Source: Dysosmobacter sp.
Lineage (GTDB): Bacteria > Bacillota > Clostridia > Oscillospirales > Oscillospiraceae
Assembly (NCBI RefSeq): GCF_034093755.1
Contig: NZ_JAXEBZ010000063.1
Location: forward strand, 2,261 to 66,260
Reading direction: 5' to 3'
Length of the DNA: 64,000 nt
Shown piece by piece: positions 58,283 to 64,000 of the stretch. The first letter of the stretch is position 1; each line of letters begins with the position of its first letter. The notes beneath the pieces are model-generated. The model did not search any database. It worked only from the letters and a program-made list of their open reading frames with translations, and was not told where the DNA came from. The position numbers and the translations under genes were made by a program.

Positions 58283-59011
58283 ATGGGAATGTGGTGGAAA
58301 AAGCATCAGCGGCCGCTTCTGGCGGTTTTGATTCTTGCGGCGGTATTGACCGCCGCCTTTCTCCGCGGCGGCCAGCCGACCCGGAATGAGGGACCCGCTG
58401 CGGCCGTCACCAGCCAGCCTGCGGCGCCGGTTCAGGAGACTGTACCGGCGGCGGAGCCGCCTGCCGGAGAAGCGGCGGAAAGCGGAGAACCGGCTGCCGC
58501 GCCGGAGCCGCCGGAGAGCGAGTCAGTGCCCCCGGAGGAGGAGCAGGCGCCCGTCCCGGAGACGGAAAGCGCTCCCGCTGCCGCGCAGCAGCCGGTCCGG
58601 ATGCCGGAGTGTACCGTTTCCATCTCCTGCGCCTCCATACTGGAGAACATGGACCTGTGTCTGCCGGAAAAGACGGAGCTGGTGCCGGAGGACGGCTGGA
58701 TTCTGCAGCCCACCGCCGTCCCGTTTACGGAGGGCGAATCCGTGTTCGATGTGCTGCAGCGGGTCTGCCGCCAGAACCGGATTCACATGGAGTACATGGA
58801 TACCCCCGTCTATGGCAGCGCGTACATCGAAGGGATTCACAATCTCTATGAGTTTGATGTGGGAGAGCTGTCCGGCTGGATGTACAGCGTCAACGGCTCC
58901 TTCCCCAATTACGGCTGTTCCCAGGCGATTCTGGCAGACGGCGACGTGGTCTGCTGGGTCTATACCTGCGACTACGGCGCTGACGTGGGCGGAAACAATT
59001 TTGCGGCGTAA
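58283..59011 (+). CDS. Membrane-anchored DUF4430 (transcobalamin beta-like) protein
   Basis: N-terminal TM, Pro/Glu/Ala spacer, CTVSISC, GESVFDVL, YIEGIHNLYEFD.G.LSGWMYSVNG.FPNYG..GD...WVYT. Confidence 0.88.
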   Translation: MGMWWKKHQRPLLAVLILAAVLTAAFLRGGQPTRNEGPAAAVTSQPAAPVQETVPAAEPPAGEAAESGEPAAAPEPPESESVPPEEEQAPVPETESAPAAAQQPVRMPECTVSISCASILENMDLCLPEKTELVPEDGWILQPTAVPFTEGESVFDVLQRVCRQNRIHMEYMDTPVYGSAYIEGIHNLYEFDVGELSGWMYSVNGSFPNYGCSQAILADGDVVCWVYTCDYGADVGGNNFAA

Positions 59012-59032
59012 CGAAGAGAGGAGGGAGGACCT

Positions 59033-59920
59033 ATCCGGGACAGCTTTTCGGAATACCATCCGCTGGTGAACCTGCTGTATTTTATCCTGGTCATCACATG
59101 CACCATGTTTTTGCTGCATCCGGTGAGCCTCTGCGTCTCGCTGGCCGGTGCCATTGCCTACGCCGCCTGCCTGAAAGGCGGCAAAGCCCTGCTGCACAGC
59201 CTGGGATATCTGCTCCCTGTGACGCTGCTGGCGGCGGTGCTCAACCCCGTGTTCAGCCATGAGGGCGCCACGGTGCTGGCCTATCTGCCCAGCGGGAATC
59301 CCCTGACCCTGGAGAGCGTTGCCTACGGCGCCGCCGCGGCGGTGATGCTGGCGGCGATTCTCCTTTGGTTTACCTGCCTGTCCGCGGTGCTGACGCCGGA
59401 CAAGCTGATTTTCCTGTTCGGCCGGATTCTTCCGGCGCTGTCGCTGCTTCTCTCCATGACGCTGCGGTTCGTGCCCCGGTTCCTGCGTCAGTTCCGCGAG
59501 GTGGCGGAGGCCCAGCGGGGCCTGGGACGGGACGTCTCCAAAGGCCCCCTTCCGCAGCGGCTGCGGACGGCCGTGACCATCCTGTCCATTGTGGTGACGT
59601 GGGCACTGGAAAGCTCCGTCGAGACGGCGGACAGCATGAAAAGCCGGGGCTACGGTCTGCCGGGCCGCACGGCGTTTGCCCTGTACCGCTGGGAGAGCCG
59701 GGACACGCAGGCGCTGTGCTGGCTGGCGGCGTGGAGCATTTTCCTGGCGGCCGGTGCTGCCGCCGGCGGGCTGCGGTGGCGGTATTATCCCACCATCCGG
59801 GGCGGCGGCACATGGCCCGGCATGGTCTGTCAGGCGGCATACCTGCTGCTGTCGATGACGCCGGTACTGCTGAATTGGAAGGAGGGGCGGCAATGGAGGC
59901 AATCCGGCTGCAAAATGTGA
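59033..59920 (+). CDS. ECF transporter transmembrane T component
   Basis: YHPLVN, F.HEG.T.L, TLES..YG, LRFVP.F, ADSMKSRGYG; the start is ATC 59033 (best SD) or GTG 59066. Confidence 0.88.
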   Translation: MRDSFSEYHPLVNLLYFILVITCTMFLLHPVSLCVSLAGAIAYAACLKGGKALLHSLGYLLPVTLLAAVLNPVFSHEGATVLAYLPSGNPLTLESVAYGAAAAVMLAAILLWFTCLSAVLTPDKLIFLFGRILPALSLLLSMTLRFVPRFLRQFREVAEAQRGLGRDVSKGPLPQRLRTAVTILSIVVTWALESSVETADSMKSRGYGLPGRTAFALYRWESRDTQALCWLAAWSIFLAAGAAAGGLRWRYYPTIRGGGTWPGMVCQAAYLLLSMTPVLLNWKEGRQWRQSGCKM

Positions 59921-62349
59921 GCTTCACCTATCCCGGGCAAAGCCGGAAGGCCCTGGACAATATCTCCCTGACCATCGGGCAGGGAGAGTTCTGGGTGCTC
60001 TGCGGCTTTTCCGGCTGCGGGAAATCCACATTGCTGCGCCAGCTGAAAACGGTTCTGGCGCCCCACGGCACCCGCTGCGGGGAAGTCCGGATTCAGGGAC
60101 GGCTGCTGGAAACGCTGGACCTGCGGACCCAGAGCCAGACCGTCGGCTTTGTGTCCCAGTCGCCGGAGAGCCAGATTGTTACGGACCGGGTGTGGCATGA
60201 GCTGGCTTTCGGGCTGGAGAGCATGGGACTGGACACGCCGGTCATCCGCCGCCGTGTGGCGGAGATGGCCTCTTTTTTCGGCATCCAAAGCTGGTTCCGC
60301 AAAAGCACGGCGGAGCTGTCCGGTGGGCAGAAGCAGCTGCTGAATCTGGCGGCTGTCATGGTGATGCAACCGGATATCCTGCTGCTGGACGAGCCTACCG
60401 CTCAGCTGGACCCCATCGCTGCGGCAGACTTCCTGTCCGCCGTGGGAAAGCTGAACCGGGAGCTGGGGACCACGGTTCTTCTGACAGAGCACCGGCTGGA
60501 GGACGCCTTTGCCGCGGCTGACTACGGCGCGGTTATGGAGGAAGGAAGGATTCTCTGCCATGGCACGCCCCGTGAGATCGGGGCAGAGCTGCGGAAAACC
60601 GGCCATGCCATGTTCCGCTCCATGCCGGCGACCATGCAGGTGTGGGCGGAAACGGACGGGAGCGGTGCGTGTCCCGTCACCGTGCGGGAGGGACGGGACT
60701 GGCTGGAGCGGACTGCGGCAAGCCGTGCTCCTGGGGAGCTGCCGCCGGAGCCGACCCGGCCGGAGCAGGATTCGGTGGTGGCTGCGAAAGAGCTTGGATT
60801 CCGCTATACCCCTGACTCACCTGATGCTGTAAAGGGACTATCCTTTTCGCTAAAAAGAGGGGAGTTTCTGGCCTTTCTGGGCGGAAACGGCACGGGAAAG
60901 ACCACCACCCTCAAGCTGGCTGCCGGGCTTCTTCGCCCGGAGCGGGGCAGTGTGCAGGTCCGTGGCTCTTTGGCTCTGCTGCCCCAGGATCCCCGGACGC
61001 TGTTTGTGAAAACGACGGTGGGGGCGGATCTGGCGGATGGTCTTGCAGACCCCGGTTCTGACAGTGAGCTCCGGCGGGTGGTCCGTCTCTGTCAGCTGGA
61101 GACGCTGCTGAACCGGCACCCCTATGACCTCTCCGGCGGAGAGCAGCAGCGGGCGGCGCTGGCAAAGGTGCTGCTGCGCCGACCGGATATTCTGCTGCTG
61201 GACGAGCCTACCAAGGGGCTGGACGCCCGGTTCAAGGAGGCGTTTGCCGGGATTCTCCGGAGCCTGCTGGACAGCGGCGTCAGCATCCTGATGGTGAGCC
61301 ACGATGTGGAATTCTGCGCCCGGTACGCCCACCGCTGCGCCCTGTTTTTTGACGGCGCCATTGCGGCGGAGGGGACACCCCGGTCCTTCTTTTCCGGAAA
61401 CCGCTTTTATACCACCGCTGCCAACCGCATGGCACGTCAGCTTCTGCCGGAGGCCGTCACGGTGGAGGAAATCGTGGCGGCATTGGGATACCTCCCTCCG
61501 CCGGAAGCGCCGCCCCCGCCGGAAGCGCCGGCGGAACGGGATGGAGGCGGGAAAGGGGAAACGCTGCCGTCCTCCCCGGTGCCTCGGTCCCATGGGCTGC
61601 CCGGGCGTACCCTGGCGGCGGCTCTGTCGGTTCTGCTGCTGATCCCGCTGACGCTGTACGCCGGGATGGTGCTGTTTGACAACCGGAAATACGATTTTAT
61701 CGCCCTGCTGATCCTGTTGGAGTGCATGCTGCCGTTTTTCCTGACCTTTGAGGGGCGAAAACCCCAGGCGCGGGAGCTGGTGATCATCGCGGCGCTGTGC
61801 GCCATCGGCGTGGCGGGCCGGGCGGCGCTGTTTATGCTGCCCCAGTTCAAGCCGGTGATGGCGCTGACCATCATTGCCGGCGTGGCCTTCGGCGGTGAGA
61901 CCGGGTTCCTTGTGGGCGCCATGACCATGCTGGCCTCCAACGTGCTGTTTTCCCAGGGGCCCTGGACCCCCTGGCAGATGTTCGCCATGGGCCTCACCGG
62001 CTTTCTGGCGGGCCTCCTGTTCCGGCCAGGCGCGCTGCGGCAGAGAAAGGCTGTGCTGTCGGTTTTCGGCGCGCTGTGCGCCATTTTCGTTTACGGAGGC
62101 ATTATGAATCTGTCCTCATATCTGATGTGGGCGGAATCCTTCCAGAACAGCATTCTCCTGAGCTATTACGTCACCGGCTTTCCCATGGACTGCGTGCATG
62201 CCGCCGCCACCGCCTTTTTCCTCTGGCTGGCAGCGGAGCCGATGCTGGAAAAGCTGGAGCGCATCAAAGTCAAATACGGCATCCTGGAATTCCGGGCACC
62301 GGCCGGCCCGGCGGCAGAAGAGAGCTTGCAAAACCCCACCGAAACGTGA
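59893..62349 (+). CDS. ECF dual ABC-ATPase fused to a C-terminal S component (CbrT-like)
   Basis: Walker A GFSGCGKS and GGNGTGKT, LSGGQ/LSGGE, DEPT twice; C-terminal TMs with GRAA..MLPQFKP..A, GFLVGA...SN...QGPWTPWQM; ATG 59893 after ggagg. Confidence 0.9.
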   Translation: MEAIRLQNVSFTYPGQSRKALDNISLTIGQGEFWVLCGFSGCGKSTLLRQLKTVLAPHGTRCGEVRIQGRLLETLDLRTQSQTVGFVSQSPESQIVTDRVWHELAFGLESMGLDTPVIRRRVAEMASFFGIQSWFRKSTAELSGGQKQLLNLAAVMVMQPDILLLDEPTAQLDPIAAADFLSAVGKLNRELGTTVLLTEHRLEDAFAAADYGAVMEEGRILCHGTPREIGAELRKTGHAMFRSMPATMQVWAETDGSGACPVTVREGRDWLERTAASRAPGELPPEPTRPEQDSVVAAKELGFRYTPDSPDAVKGLSFSLKRGEFLAFLGGNGTGKTTTLKLAAGLLRPERGSVQVRGSLALLPQDPRTLFVKTTVGADLADGLADPGSDSELRRVVRLCQLETLLNRHPYDLSGGEQQRAALAKVLLRRPDILLLDEPTKGLDARFKEAFAGILRSLLDSGVSILMVSHDVEFCARYAHRCALFFDGAIAAEGTPRSFFSGNRFYTTAANRMARQLLPEAVTVEEIVAALGYLPPPEAPPPPEAPAERDGGGKGETLPSSPVPRSHGLPGRTLAAALSVLLLIPLTLYAGMVLFDNRKYDFIALLILLECMLPFFLTFEGRKPQARELVIIAALCAIGVAGRAALFMLPQFKPVMALTIIAGVAFGGETGFLVGAMTMLASNVLFSQGPWTPWQMFAMGLTGFLAGLLFRPGALRQRKAVLSVFGALCAIFVYGGIMNLSSYLMWAESFQNSILLSYYVTGFPMDCVHAAATAFFLWLAAEPMLEKLERIKVKYGILEFRAPAGPAAEESLQNPTET

Positions 62350-62389
62350 TACCATATGTAAAAGAGAAGGGTGAAAGGGGCTGTCTGCT

Positions 62390-63160
62390 ATGCTGCTGGC
62401 AATCGATGTGGGAAACTCCAATACTTCAGTGGGCCTGTTTGGCCGGGACAAGGAACTGAACTTTCTGGCCACGCTGGATACGGACAGCGGGAAGACCGCG
62501 GATCAGATCTGCATTGACCTGATGAATCTTTTTGCGCTGTACCAGTTCAGCCTGCGGGAAGTGACCGGCGCGATTCTCTGCAGCGTGGTGCCGCCGCTGA
62601 ACTTCATGATGGAAAAGGCACTGACCCGCCTGCTGGGCAAGCCGCCCATGGTGGTGGGGCCGGGGGTCAAGACCGGGCTGAACATCCGCCTTTCTGTCCA
62701 GAGCCAGGTGGGGGCGGACATTGTGGCGGACGCCGTGGCGGCGCTGGAAAAGTTCACGCCGCCGATCATCACCATCGACATGGGAACGGCCACCACCGTG
62801 GGCGTCATTTCCGAGGGCCGCAACTACGAGGGCGGCATGCTGCTGCCGGGCGTCAACGTCTCCCTGGAGGCCCTGTCCCGCCGGGCGGCGCAGCTGCCGG
62901 CCATTTCCCTCCAGCACCCCAAGGCGCTCATCGGCAAAAACACGGAGGACTGCATGCGCTCCGGCATTGTCTACGGCACCGCCGGGATGCTGGACGGCAT
63001 CATCGACCGCATCCGGGAGGAGTTTCCCGGCAAGGAGGTCAGCGTGGTGGCTACCGGCGGCAACGCCCCGGTGATCGTCCGCTACTGCCGAAATAAAATC
63101 GTCTATGACAAGTACCTGCTGATGTCGGGCCTCTGGACCATTTACCAGAAAAACAGATGA
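62390..63160 (+). CDS. coaX: Type III pantothenate kinase
   Basis: LAIDVGNSNT, SVVP, GAD, IDMGTATT, IGKNT..C..SG, ATGG. Confidence 0.93.
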   Translation: MLLAIDVGNSNTSVGLFGRDKELNFLATLDTDSGKTADQICIDLMNLFALYQFSLREVTGAILCSVVPPLNFMMEKALTRLLGKPPMVVGPGVKTGLNIRLSVQSQVGADIVADAVAALEKFTPPIITIDMGTATTVGVISEGRNYEGGMLLPGVNVSLEALSRRAAQLPAISLQHPKALIGKNTEDCMRSGIVYGTAGMLDGIIDRIREEFPGKEVSVVATGGNAPVIVRYCRNKIVYDKYLLMSGLWTIYQKNR

Positions 63161-63199
63161 AAAGACGGCGCTCCGGTTTTCACCGGAGCGCCGTTTCTT
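63160..63199. terminator. Bidirectional terminator between coaX and pfk
   Basis: aaagacggcgctccggt-tttc-accggagcgccgtttctt. Confidence 0.8.
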
Positions 63200-63209
63200 C
63201 GTATGGAAT

Positions 63210-64000
63210 TTATTTCGCCAGAACCTTCTTCAGTCTGGCAAAGCGGGGGAGAGAATCCTCCCTGGGCAGCACCGGCTCGCCCTGGATCAGGGGCAGCACG
63301 TAGTCCACGAAAGGACGCTCCACGTTGTTGCCCTCGGCATTGATCCACTCGCGGGGAACCTTCTTCTCCGTGTTGGCCACGTCGGTCAGGTTCAGCAGCT
63401 TGGTGCGGCAGACATAGCGGCCGTCCTGGATATCCCGCTCGAAGCCTACCATCTTGTCGGTAATTCCGTTGACGGCATTCTCCACAGCGGCTTTACCGGC
63501 CATGCAGGCCTCCTCAATGTCCGTCTCGGAAGCCAGGTGCGCGCCGCAGCGCTGCAGTAGGCTCAGCTCGATACCGCGGACCTTCACGCCGAGACGCGCC
63601 TTCACGATCTCGGTCAGGAACACCTCCAGGCCGCCCAGCTGGGCATGGCCGAAGCCGTCAGTGGCAGAGGTCTTGGCCTCAGAGACGAAGGAACCGTCGG
63701 CATAGTGGATGCCTTCGGACACAGCCACGAAGCAGTTGCCTTTCTCCTTATAGACCCGCTCCACATCGGCCAGGAACTGATCCATATCGAAGTCCACCTC
63801 CGGCAGATAGACCAGGTCGGGACCGGAGCCATAGGCAGTGGCCACAGCGGCGGCGCCGGCCAGCCAACCGGCGTGACGGCCCATGATCTCCATCACGCAG
63901 ACCATGCCGGTGTCATAGACCCGGGCGTCCTGATACACCTCCATGCAGGAGGTGGCGATATACTTGGCGGCGGAGCCAAAGCCGGGGCAGTGATCGGTAC
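63210..64000 (-). CDS. pfk: 6-phosphofructokinase (PPi-type family), 5'-truncated by window edge
   Basis: TDHCPGFGSAAKY, EIMGRHAGWL, YLPE, VSEG, DGFGHAQLGG. Confidence 0.9.
   Translation of the reverse strand, partial: TDHCPGFGSAAKYIATSCMEVYQDARVYDTGMVCVMEIMGRHAGWLAGAAAVATAYGSGPDLVYLPEVDFDMDQFLADVERVYKEKGNCFVAVSEGIHYADGSFVSEAKTSATDGFGHAQLGGLEVFLTEIVKARLGVKVRGIELSLLQRCGAHLASETDIEEACMAGKAAVENAVNGITDKMVGFERDIQDGRYVCRTKLLNLTDVANTEKKVPREWINAEGNNVERPFVDYVLPLIQGEPVLPREDSLPRFARLKKVLAK

Overview
GC-rich Clostridia-type chromosome segment. Gene content and style suggest an Oscillospiraceae-like spore former; that taxonomy is inference. Most of it is housekeeping: yebC, rnpB, murD, ligA, scpAB, dacB, rluB, cmk, ispH-rpsA, butyryl-CoA:acetate CoA-transferase, ispDF, cdaAR, gmk-rpoZ-priA-def-fmt-rsmB-rlmN-stp-pknB-rsgA, yaaA, coaX and pfk. 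Sporulation genes are yunB, ytfJ, an unannotated 24-aa spoVM, sipL and spoIVA. Three accessory blocks stand out. (1) 2.6-9.0 kb: LysR, amidohydrolase, an McbB/cucumopine-synthase-like Pictet-Spenglerase homologue with Glu97 retained, and a TRAP importer. This is a candidate uptake and processing system for tetrahydro-beta-carboline or opine-type acids. (2) 51.6-53.8 kb: a divergent pair of a tandem-duplicated XRE protein and a Spo0A paralogue with a degenerate receiver. (3) 53.9-62.3 kb: a cobalamin-riboswitch operon with an SLH-anchored transcobalamin-like (alpha-barrel plus DUF4430) protein, a split second alpha/beta pair, and an ECF transporter whose ATPases are fused to the S component. 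All family calls come from motif recognition by eye; no searches were run. No CRISPR array, tRNA, rRNA or intact mobile element was seen.
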